In this document: piece by piece, positions 18,137 through 26,054 of the stretch
Layout: each line of letters starts with the position of its first letter
Numbering within the stretch: the stretch's first letter is position 1
Source of the DNA: Desulfobulbus propionicus DSM 2032
GTDB lineage: Bacteria > Desulfobacterota > Desulfobulbia > Desulfobulbales > Desulfobulbaceae
Assembly (NCBI RefSeq): GCF_000186885.1
Contig: NC_014972.1
Location: forward strand, 900,001-932,000
Reading direction: 5' to 3'
DNA: 32,000 nt
Translations under genes and position numbers: made by a program
Notes under the pieces: model-generated
Told to the model about the DNA's origin: nothing
The model's database searches: none
What the model saw: only the letters and a program-made list of their open reading frames with translations

Positions 18137-20863
18137 ATGGAGGAAACAATGACAACTGGAGCGCAACCACCGATGGGCATGGATCTGACCGTACTGGAGA
18201 CCTGGGAAGAGCCCGGATTTATGGTCGACGGCAAGCGGATCATCACCTGGGCCAACGCGGCGTTTCTCCAAGCCTTCGGTTTGGAGGCGCACGAGGTGAT
18301 CGGCAAGATGACCTGCGAGGAGAGCTGTAATCTGCATCTCTGCGGCACCAAGGACTGTCCGGTGGACAAGGCCGGCCGGATGCACAAACCGGTGGCGGCC
18401 GAGGCAATACGCAACCACGGTGCCAGCATCCGCTATTACCGTTCACTGGCCCGGCCAGTGGGCGAGGATGGCGGTCAAACCCTGGTCACCATGACCGACA
18501 TAAGCGACAGAAAACTGCTGGAAGCGCGGTTACGGCAGATGGAAACCGACCTCAACGTCATCCCTACCCCTGTGCTTGAGATTGACGACAAGTTCACCAT
18601 TACCTTCATGAACCCCGCCGGTGCGGCCGTGGCCGGCCTGACCCCGGACGAGGCCGTGGGCAGGAAGTGCTACGATCTGTTCAAGACCCCCCATTGCCGG
18701 ACCGAGAAATGCGCCTGCGCGCGGGCGATGAAGACCGATTCGGTTGTTTCCGAGCAGACCATCGCCCGTCCCCGGGACGGGGTGATCGTGCCGATCAAGT
18801 ACACCGGCGCGCCGATCAAGGATGCCAAGGGCAACATTGTCGGGGCGATTGAATATGTGCTCGATGTCACCGAAGAAAATAAGCAGCAGCGGCTGGCCGA
18901 GGAGAAGATCGAGAACCTCAATGCCATTCCCACGCCGATCATGGCCATGGACACTGATTTTACCATCACCTTCATGAACCCCGCCGGTGCGGCCGTGGCC
19001 GGCCTGACCCCGGACGAGGCCGTGGGCAGGAAGTGCTACGATCTGTTCAAAACCCCCCATTGCCGGACCGAGAAGTGCGCCTGCGCGCGGGCGATGAAGA
19101 CCGATTCGATTGTTTCCGAGCAGACCATTGCCCGTCCCCGGGACGGGGTGATCGTGCCGATCAAGTACACCGGCGCGCCGATCAAGGATGCCAAGGGCAA
19201 CATCAAGGGTGCCCTGGAGTTTATCCTCGACATCACCGAGGAGGCGCGGCAACGCCACGATGCCAACACCAAGATCGAGAACCTCAACGCCATTCCCACG
19301 CCGATCCTGTCCATCGACACCGACTATACCATCACCTTCATCAATCCCGCCGGTGCGGCCGCCGTCGGCCTCACCCCGGACAGCGCCATCGGCCGCAAAT
19401 GCTTTGACCTGTTCAAAACCCCGCATTGCCAGACCGAACGATGCGCCTGCGCGCGGGCAATGAAGTCCGACACGGTGGTCAGCGAGGAAACCATTGCCCG
19501 GCCCCGGGAAGGCATGATCATGCCGATCAAGTACACCGGCGCGCCGATCAAGGACGCCAAGGGCAACATCACCGGCGCGCTTGAGTTCGTCCTCGACATC
19601 ACCGACGAGGCCCGGCAGCGACAGGAGGCCAACGAAAAGATCGAGAATCTCAACGCCATCCCCACGCCGATCTTCTCCATCGACACCGAGTTCGCCATCA
19701 CCTACATCAATCCGGCCGGCGCCAGGGTTTTGGGGGCGAGCGTCGATGAGTTGATCGGTAAAAAATGTTACAGCCTGTTCAACACCACCCACTGCAACAC
19801 CGAACACTGTGCCTGCGGCCAGGCGATGAAAAGCGATAGCGTGGTCGCGGCCAAGACCGTGGCCAGGGTCAACGGCCGCGAGATCCCGCTCAAGTACACC
19901 GGCGCGCCGATCAAGGACGCCAAGGGCAACATCAAGGGCGCCCTGGAGTTTGCCCTCGACATCAGTGCCGAAACCGGGGTTGAGCAACTGGTGAGCCGGG
20001 CCAGTCAGGAGGTGGCCGAGTTGGTGGCCGATTCCCAGCAGCAGATGGAGGAGGTGCGCGGCAACATGCGGTTGATGGGCGATTCGCTCAACCAGGAAGT
20101 AATCCGCCTCGACGAGTCGGAGACGACCATTCGCAGAATGCTCGAATCGTCCACCGAAATGCTCGGGGTGAGCGAGCAGGTCAACAAGCTGGCCGGCTCG
20201 ATGTCGCGCGAGGCGGAAAATGGTCGCAAGGCCGGAGCCGAGGCCGGCGACAAGATGCGGCAGATCAACCGATCGATGCAGCAGAACAACGAGATGGTCG
20301 CCACCCTGGTGTCCCAGGTGGAAAAGATCGGCGGCTTTGTCGATATCATCAAGGAGATCGCCTCGCAAACCAACTTGCTGGCCTTCAACGCCGCCATCGA
20401 GGCCGCGCGCGCCGGCGATGCCGGCCGGGGGTTCGCCGTGGTTGCCGACGAAGTGCGCAAGCTGGCCGAGAACAGCTCGCGCTCGGCGGTGGATATTTCC
20501 AATATCGTCAAGATGGTGGAGAACGACAGCCGGCAGACCATCGCCGCCATGCAGGAGGGCATGCGCATGCTCGATGACGGCTCCCAGGTGATCAGTACCG
20601 CGCTTTCGGCCATGGACGAGATCTCTTCCGGCATCATGACGATCTCGACCTCGGTCGAGGACGTCAGCGGCCGAGCCGCAGCCTTGGCTGACCACGGCCA
20701 CAAGGTGATGGAGCAGATTCAAGCCGTGGTCACGTCCTCCGGCGAGAACCAAAGGACCACGGAAACCGTGCAGACCTCGGTCGGTGACACGGTCAAGGCC
20801 CTGGACCGGTTGATGGCCTCGAGCAGTTCGTTGCAAGAGGCGGTCAACAGTCTGTGCAAATAG
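18137..20863 (+). CDS. Soluble methyl-accepting chemotaxis protein with five N-terminal Cys-rich PAS-like modules
   Basis: The C-terminal signalling domain has the invariant hairpin tip [37 protein letters not shown]. No hydrophobic TM-length segment was seen by eye. The N-terminal ~620 aa are repeated PAS-like units. The alternative ATG at 18149 has a better SD (GGAGGA, 4-5 nt spacer). Confidence 0.9.
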   Translation: MEETMTTGAQPPMGMDLTVLETWEEPGFMVDGKRIITWANAAFLQAFGLEAHEVIGKMTCEESCNLHLCGTKDCPVDKAGRMHKPVAAEAIRNHGASIRYYRSLARPVGEDGGQTLVTMTDISDRKLLEARLRQMETDLNVIPTPVLEIDDKFTITFMNPAGAAVAGLTPDEAVGRKCYDLFKTPHCRTEKCACARAMKTDSVVSEQTIARPRDGVIVPIKYTGAPIKDAKGNIVGAIEYVLDVTEENKQQRLAEEKIENLNAIPTPIMAMDTDFTITFMNPAGAAVAGLTPDEAVGRKCYDLFKTPHCRTEKCACARAMKTDSIVSEQTIARPRDGVIVPIKYTGAPIKDAKGNIKGALEFILDITEEARQRHDANTKIENLNAIPTPILSIDTDYTITFINPAGAAAVGLTPDSAIGRKCFDLFKTPHCQTERCACARAMKSDTVVSEETIARPREGMIMPIKYTGAPIKDAKGNITGALEFVLDITDEARQRQEANEKIENLNAIPTPIFSIDTEFAITYINPAGARVLGASVDELIGKKCYSLFNTTHCNTEHCACGQAMKSDSVVAAKTVARVNGREIPLKYTGAPIKDAKGNIKGALEFALDISAETGVEQLVSRASQEVAELVADSQQQMEEVRGNMRLMGDSLNQEVIRLDESETTIRRMLESSTEMLGVSEQVNKLAGSMSREAENGRKAGAEAGDKMRQINRSMQQNNEMVATLVSQVEKIGGFVDIIKEIASQTNLLAFNAAIEAARAGDAGRGFAVVADEVRKLAENSSRSAVDISNIVKMVENDSRQTIAAMQEGMRMLDDGSQVISTALSAMDEISSGIMTISTSVEDVSGRAAALADHGHKVMEQIQAVVTSSGENQRTTETVQTSVGDTVKALDRLMASSSSLQEAVNSLCK
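18542..20005 (+). repeat. Four in-frame tandem repeats of 366 bp (122 codons) inside the chemoreceptor gene
   Basis: The anchor TTCATGAACC/TTCATCAATC/TACATCAATC recurs at 18605, 18971, 19337 and 19703, exactly 366 bp apart. The block TACACCGGCGCGCCGATCAAGGA(T/C)GCCAAGGGCAACAT is conserved in all four units. Confidence 0.92.
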
Positions 20864-20872
20864 GGTGCATTC

Positions 20873-20910
20873 GGCGCGGCCGGAGCCCGAGAGTCGGGTC
20901 CCGCCGCGCC
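20873..20910 (+). other. GC-rich intercistronic stem-loop between the chemoreceptor gene and the GNAT gene
   Basis: GGCGCGG-CC-GGA-G-CCCGA-GAG-TCGGG-TCC-CG-CCGCGCC gives about 16 possible base pairs and a GAG loop. It starts 10 nt after the TAG stop. No U-tract follows it, and the GNAT SD (GGGAGGA) starts at 20918. Confidence 0.5.
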
Positions 20911-20933
20911 GCCCAGTGGGAGGATATGGTGTC

Positions 20934-21497
20934 ATGACCATTTTTGGCAACAGGATCTTCACCGTGCGTTTGCAGCTGCGGCGCATCGAGCTCGAAGACC
21001 TGCAGCTTTTGGCGCGATGGAGCGGCGACCCCCAGGCCCATGGACAGTACCTGACGCCGGAAAACCATTCCGTCGATCATCTGGGCATGCAGCTACGGGC
21101 GGGGGTATTGTGGAACGAGCGGAACAAGACGTTTTTGATCGAGCTGCGCGACGGCGAGCCCATCGGCACGATCCAATACTGGATTCGCTCCGAGGACCCG
21201 GGAGCGGCGGTGATTGCGGTGAAGATTGCACGGACCGAGGAGCGGAACAAAGGCTACGGGACCGAGGCGCAGAAATATTTGATCCTGTTTCTCTTCAACC
21301 GGCTCGCCATCCGTCGGATCGAGATGTACACCGATGTCAACAACCTGGCCCAGCAGCGCTGCCTGCGCAAACTCGGCTTCGAACTCGCCCAGTCCCTGTC
21401 CTACGCCGATCAACAGGTTCAGCGGCTGGGCTCCCTCTACCGGCTGGATCGGCAGCGATTTGTCCATGAGCCCATCTACCAGTATCCCGATGCCTAA
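20934..21497 (+). CDS. GNAT-family N-acetyltransferase (RimJ/RimL-like)
   Basis: 187 aa from the ATG at 20934, with GGGAGGA 9 nt upstream. The acetyl-CoA-binding motif context is present (RNKGYGTEAQKYLILFLF; NNLAQQRCLRKLGFEL). The track start at 20865 would run through the stem-loop. Confidence 0.85.
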   Translation: MTIFGNRIFTVRLQLRRIELEDLQLLARWSGDPQAHGQYLTPENHSVDHLGMQLRAGVLWNERNKTFLIELRDGEPIGTIQYWIRSEDPGAAVIAVKIARTEERNKGYGTEAQKYLILFLFNRLAIRRIEMYTDVNNLAQQRCLRKLGFELAQSLSYADQQVQRLGSLYRLDRQRFVHEPIYQYPDA

Positions 21498-22521
21498 GCC
21501 GCCAGGGCTTCTTTTTGACCGCAGGTACTACGAGCACGGCATCCCGCAGGTGTCGCTGGAGAACGCGGGCCGGGTGCGCGGCCTCTATCGTACCCTCGAA
21601 GGACCGCAATATGCCGGCCAGCTGCGCACATTCCTCCCGCGCGAGGCCTCGTCGGCCGACATTGAAGCCGTCCATTCGGCCTTTTACCTCGAACAGCTGC
21701 GCGAGCATGTCAATATCGACGATCCCTATTCCTACGACCGCGATACCTATCTGATGGAGCAGAGCCTCTATACGGCGGCCTTGGCCGCCGGCGGCTGCCT
21801 GGAGCTGGCCGATCGGATCCTCGACGGCGAGATCGACTATGGCTTCGCCCTGATCCGCCCTCCCGGACACCATGCCGAACCGGGTCGGGGCATGGGGTTC
21901 TGCGTGTTCAACAATGTGGCGATCACCGCTCAATATCTGCGCCGGGTGTATGGCCTGCGGCGGATTCTCATCGTCGATTTCGACGTCCATCACGGCAATG
22001 GCACCCAGACAGTTTTTTACGAGACCGATCAGGTTTTTTTCGTTTCGATCCATCAGGAAAAAATTTTCCCTTTTTCCGGATCGGCGCGCGAGACCGGCAG
22101 CGACAAGGGACGGGGCTACACCATCAACCTGCCGGTGCACCCGCAGTTCAGCGACCAGGAGTACCTGTATCTGCTCAGCCGGGTTCTCGGCGGGGTGGTG
22201 GAACAGTATCTGCCGCAGATCATCCTTGTTTCCGCCGGATTTGACGGCCATTGCGACGACCCGATCAGCCGTGTCCTGCTGTCCACCCAATGGTATGCCA
22301 CCGTGACGGAACTGCTCAAATACCTGGCCCACGAGGCGTGCAACGACCGGCTGCTGTTCGTGCTGGAAGGAGGGTACAATCCGGACTCGCTGCAGGCCTC
22401 GGTGCTGGTCACGGTGGACAGCCTGCTGCATCCCGCCAGCCGCCGGCCGGGAGTGGTCCATTCCCAACGGGCGGCCAAGATCCTTGAGAATCATCCCCTG
22501 CATGCTTTCTGGACGGTATGA
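21490..22521 (+). CDS. Histone-deacetylase-family zinc amidohydrolase (deacetylase; AcuC / acetylpolyamine amidohydrolase-like)
   Basis: Catalytic motifs are present: RPPGHHA, DFDVHHGNGTQ, SAGFDGH, LEGGY. The ATG at 21490 overlaps the GNAT stop (ATGCCTAA, 8-nt overlap). Confidence 0.9.
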   Translation: MPKPPGLLFDRRYYEHGIPQVSLENAGRVRGLYRTLEGPQYAGQLRTFLPREASSADIEAVHSAFYLEQLREHVNIDDPYSYDRDTYLMEQSLYTAALAAGGCLELADRILDGEIDYGFALIRPPGHHAEPGRGMGFCVFNNVAITAQYLRRVYGLRRILIVDFDVHHGNGTQTVFYETDQVFFVSIHQEKIFPFSGSARETGSDKGRGYTINLPVHPQFSDQEYLYLLSRVLGGVVEQYLPQIILVSAGFDGHCDDPISRVLLSTQWYATVTELLKYLAHEACNDRLLFVLEGGYNPDSLQASVLVTVDSLLHPASRRPGVVHSQRAAKILENHPLHAFWTV

Positions 22522-22556
22522 GAATTGAGCGATGATCCCCCTTTTTCGCTGCAATT

Positions 22557-23006
22557 ATGACAAAAAACACAACCGTTGATACCACGTCGCTGCGGACGAT
22601 CTTCGCTGAATGCCGCCAGTGCGGCACCTGTTGCACCTCTTATCGCAAAATCGCCCTCCAGCCCGACGAGGTGGAGTTTATACGAAAGATGGGCGGCCAT
22701 GTCGGGGTGGACATCAGCTTGTCCCAGCTGCGCGGCAAAACCATGGACGAGTTGGTGGCCGAGGCCCGTGCCGACGGCAAGGTGTTCATGATCCACCCCG
22801 ACGACAGGGGATGTATTTTCCTTGAGAAAAGAAATGACAAGCATGTCTGCCGGATCTATCACCACCGGCCGCGCGCCTGTCGAGGATTCCGCTGCAATAT
22901 GGCCGATTCCAGCTTTCTCGCCCTGTTCGGCGCCGACAGCATTTTCCTGCTCGGTCAGGATCGTTTCGGCCTGCCGTTGGCCAGGGACAAGGAGGTGATC
23001 CGCTAG
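22557..23006 (+). CDS. YkgJ-family cysteine-cluster protein (CxxCxxCC; putative Zn/Fe-binding)
   Basis: An N-terminal CRQCGTCC motif plus a second Cys group (CIFL...HVCRIYHHRPRACRGFRC), as in the UPF0153/YkgJ family. No obvious SD was seen. Confidence 0.75.
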   Translation: MTKNTTVDTTSLRTIFAECRQCGTCCTSYRKIALQPDEVEFIRKMGGHVGVDISLSQLRGKTMDELVAEARADGKVFMIHPDDRGCIFLEKRNDKHVCRIYHHRPRACRGFRCNMADSSFLALFGADSIFLLGQDRFGLPLARDKEVIR

Positions 23007-23063
23007 CGGCATCCTCCGGACGAGATGGTCGCGAATCAGGGGCAATCCTGGCGAGTAAAGGTG

Positions 23064-23092
23064 TTTGACGGGGACCGCGTTTTGCCATAGGA
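23064..23092 (+). promoter_or_regulatory. Sigma-70-like promoter candidate (TTGACG - 17 nt - TAGGAT) upstream of the ADH gene
   Basis: -35 TTGACG at 23064-23069 and -10 TAGGAT at 23087-23092 with a 17-nt spacer. It lies in the only sizeable gap (150 bp) of the co-directional gene string. Confidence 0.3.
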
Positions 23093-23156
23093 TAGACCAA
23101 AGAACAAGGACGAAGACACGCTGTTGCCGTCAGGGGCCATTTCGGGGAGGGACGCC

Positions 23157-24317
23157 ATGCTGACCGAGTTGAACATTCGTAAGTTTCTTGCTCCCGAGAT
23201 TGTTTTTGGCGATGGCGCCATTGAACTGCTCGGGCGCTATGCCCTTAATTTTGGCGCAAGCCGGGTTTTTGTGGTCACCGATGCAGGTATTGCCCAAGCC
23301 GGTCTCGTGGAGCGGGCGATTCAGATTTTGCAGTCCTCCGGGGTGCAGGCGGTGGTGTATGATCGGGTCAGCGCCAATCCCCGCGATTTTGAGGTGATGG
23401 AAGCGGCCGCCCTGTACCGTGAGTCCGGCTGCGACATCATTGTCGCCCTCGGGGGCGGCAGCCCCATGGACTGCGCCAAGGGCGTCAGTATCGTGTCCGC
23501 CAACGACAGGCATGTGCTCGACTTTCAAGGCGTGGACAATGTGGAGGTGCCCGGTCCGCCCTTGATCTGCATTCCCACCACCTCCGGCTCCTCGGCCGAT
23601 GTCTCCCAGTTCGCCATCATCAACAACAGCCAGGAACAGGTCAAGGTCGCGATCATCAGCAAGACCATGGTGCCTGACCTGGCCTTGCTCGACCCTGGGC
23701 TGACCCTCAGCATGGACCGGCATCTGACCCTGTGCACCGGGGTGGATGCCTTGGTGCATGCCATCGAGGCCTATGTGAGTTCAGCCAGTTCGCCGCTGAC
23801 CGACCTGCATGCCTTGGAGGCCATCCGTCTGATCCGCCGTTTCCTCCCCCAGGTGGTGGAGCGGCTCGACGATATCGATCTGCGTGAACAGGTCATGCTT
23901 GCCAGCCTGGAGGCTGGTCTGGCTTTTTCCAACGCCAGTCTGGGCGCCGTGCACGCCATGGCCCACAGTCTGGGGGGCCTGCTCGATCTGCCCCACGGCG
24001 AGTGCAACGCCCTGTTGCTTGACGCGGTGATTGCCTTCAACTACAGTGCGGCGCCGGAACGCTACGATCGCATCGGCGAAATCTTTGGCGTGCAGACGAA
24101 CGGGCTGACGGAGCAAGAACGGCGGCAGGGCTTGCTCCAAGCGATCCGCTCCTTCAAGCGGGACCTGGGTCTGGAGCCCGGGCTCGGTATTAGGGGGGTG
24201 CGGCGGGAGGATATCAGCGTGCTGGCCCGCAAGGCCGTTGCCGACCCCTGCGTGGCCACCAACCCGAAACGTATTCAACTTCGCGATATCGAGGAAATCT
24301 ATGGGGAGGCCTTCTGA
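23157..24317 (+). CDS. Iron-containing (group III) alcohol dehydrogenase
   Basis: GGGSPMDCAKG and the metal-binding histidine context (VDALVHAIEAY; AVHAMAHSLGG). The ATG at 23157 has GGGGAGGG 5 nt upstream. The track start at 23124 is a non-ATG extension. Confidence 0.9.
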   Translation: MLTELNIRKFLAPEIVFGDGAIELLGRYALNFGASRVFVVTDAGIAQAGLVERAIQILQSSGVQAVVYDRVSANPRDFEVMEAAALYRESGCDIIVALGGGSPMDCAKGVSIVSANDRHVLDFQGVDNVEVPGPPLICIPTTSGSSADVSQFAIINNSQEQVKVAIISKTMVPDLALLDPGLTLSMDRHLTLCTGVDALVHAIEAYVSSASSPLTDLHALEAIRLIRRFLPQVVERLDDIDLREQVMLASLEAGLAFSNASLGAVHAMAHSLGGLLDLPHGECNALLLDAVIAFNYSAAPERYDRIGEIFGVQTNGLTEQERRQGLLQAIRSFKRDLGLEPGLGIRGVRREDISVLARKAVADPCVATNPKRIQLRDIEEIYGEAF

Positions 24318-24320
24318 GCA

Positions 24321-25946
24321 ATGAGCCATCGCACCGATGAACACGATCAGTGGGATCACCTCAAGGATGCCATTGTCGGCTTGGGCGAGCGCTCCATCCG
24401 CAAGAGTTATTATCCCGAACTCAAGGCGAAGATCAAAGACCTCGATCAGCAGCGCGTTTTTTTTCAGTCCATCCTCAACAGCATCCCCGACGGGGTGGTG
24501 GTGATGGACCCCTCCGGCAAAATCAGGCAGGCCAACCCCGCCCTCTGCAGGATGTTCGGCTACAGCAACGAGGAGTTGGCAGGACTCGATCCTTCGGTGC
24601 TCTATGAAAACAACTGCGCAATTTTTCGCCATGACGATTTTCCCACCACCTGGTGCCGCCGCTTTGTCCGCAAGGATGGCCGCGTTTTCCTCGGCGAGAC
24701 CCTGAACAGCGAGATTCGAGACGATCAGGGAGGGTTGCTGGGTACCTTGGAGTTGATCCGCGATGTAAGTGAACGACTGAAGGTCATCCGGCAGCAGCGG
24801 CAATTGGAGGAACAGCTGCGCCAATCACAGAAAATGGCTGCCATTGGTACCTTGGCTGGAGGTATTGCTCACGATTTCAATAACTTGCTTGCGGCAATCC
24901 TCGGCTATGCCGAGCTGGCGCTCCTCAAGCTTCCCCCGGGTGGGGCGTTGCAGCGGGAGATTCGTCAGATCCTCAAGGCCGGCGGCAAGGCCTCGGAGCT
25001 GGTCAATCAGATCCTCGCCTTCAGCCGCAAGGAAACCACCAAACGCATCCCCATTCAACCCGGCGTCCTGATCAAGGAGGTCATCAAGTTGCTGCGGGGC
25101 ACCATCCCGTCGACCATCACCATTCGTGAACGAATTGCCGCCACCGACCGCATGATCCTTGCCAATCCCACCCAGTTGCATCAGGTGGTGATGAATCTCT
25201 GTACCAATGCCTTTCATGCCATGGAAGAACAGGGAGGAGAAATGACCCTGAGCCTGGAATCGGTCAGGAAGCTATTGCGGGAAAAGGAAGAAGAGCGCGA
25301 GTGGATCAGGATCAGTGTTGCCGATAATGGCTGCGGGATCGAACCTGCGACCCTGGAACGTATTTTTGAACCCTATTTCACCACCAAACCCAGCGGCAAG
25401 GGAACCGGCATGGGCTTGGCTGTGGTCCACGGAATCGTCGAAAGTCACGGGGGACGGATCGAGGTGAAGAGCACTGTGGGGCAGGGCACCACGGTGCAGG
25501 TCTACTTCCCGGTGGTGGCCGGGGTTGAAGCCCAGCGGCCGTGCAAGGAGGAACAGTCGCTCGTCGGCGGTGATGAATCCATTCTGGTGGTCGATGACGA
25601 ACAGATGGTGGCCGATTATCTCAAGGGTTTTCTTGAGCAACTAGGCTATCGGATCACGATTTGTAACGACGGCAGCAGCGCCTTGGCGTTGTTTGAGCAC
25701 AATCCCCAAGCGTTTGATTTGGTGATCACCGATCAGACCATGCCCGGCAAGACGGGTTTTGAGATGGCCCGCAACATGCTGGCCCTGCGGCCCGACCTGC
25801 CGATCATCCTTTGCTCGGGCTACAGCTCGGCCCTTTCGCCCGAGCGGGTCGCCAAGGCCGGCATCCGCGAGTTCATGATGAAGCCGGTCTCCCTGCATGA
25901 CCTCGCCCCGGTCATCCGCGCGGTTTTACCGAACAGACCATCCTGA
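24321..25946 (+). CDS. PAS-domain hybrid sensor histidine kinase (PAS - HisKA - HATPase_c - REC), apparently cytoplasmic
   Basis: PAS (FFQSILNSIPDGVVVMDPSGKI...), H-box GIAHDFNNLLAAILGYAEL, N-box VMNLCTNAFHAM, G-boxes VADNGCGI and GKGTGMGLAVV, and REC (ILVVDDE, LVITDQTMPGKTG, LCSGY, MKP). It starts 3 nt after the ADH stop. Confidence 0.9.
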   Translation: MSHRTDEHDQWDHLKDAIVGLGERSIRKSYYPELKAKIKDLDQQRVFFQSILNSIPDGVVVMDPSGKIRQANPALCRMFGYSNEELAGLDPSVLYENNCAIFRHDDFPTTWCRRFVRKDGRVFLGETLNSEIRDDQGGLLGTLELIRDVSERLKVIRQQRQLEEQLRQSQKMAAIGTLAGGIAHDFNNLLAAILGYAELALLKLPPGGALQREIRQILKAGGKASELVNQILAFSRKETTKRIPIQPGVLIKEVIKLLRGTIPSTITIRERIAATDRMILANPTQLHQVVMNLCTNAFHAMEEQGGEMTLSLESVRKLLREKEEEREWIRISVADNGCGIEPATLERIFEPYFTTKPSGKGTGMGLAVVHGIVESHGGRIEVKSTVGQGTTVQVYFPVVAGVEAQRPCKEEQSLVGGDESILVVDDEQMVADYLKGFLEQLGYRITICNDGSSALALFEHNPQAFDLVITDQTMPGKTGFEMARNMLALRPDLPIILCSGYSSALSPERVAKAGIREFMMKPVSLHDLAPVIRAVLPNRPS

Positions 25947-26054
25947 GCGGCGCAAGGAGCAAAGAAGGCCGGGCGATTTTCCCTTTTTTGGGGTGCCGGA
26001 GCAACCGGCGCACCGCCTCCGTGGCCCATGGCTCATTCTTTGAGAGGCGCATGA

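Noticed and set aside
18542-20005. A regularly spaced repeat array that could be mistaken for a CRISPR or a satellite.
   Set aside because: The period is 366 bp, fully in frame within one ORF. The units encode homologous protein domains. There is no short repeat/spacer structure and there are no cas genes.
18137-20005. The possibility that the Cys-rich PAS modules bind heme c, like some deltaproteobacterial sensor domains.
   Set aside because: No CXXCH motif occurs in any of the five modules. The CAC and HC-x4-C arrangements do not fit it, and the protein has no signal peptide for periplasmic heme attachment.
25992-26014. A hairpin GGTGCCGG-AGCAA-CCGGCGCACC between the convergent hybrid kinase and ypfJ genes, a possible bidirectional terminator.
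   Set aside because: The stem is imperfect. The T-run (25984-25989) precedes the stem rather than following it on the plus strand, and the minus strand has an A-run after it. It is not a convincing intrinsic terminator in either direction.
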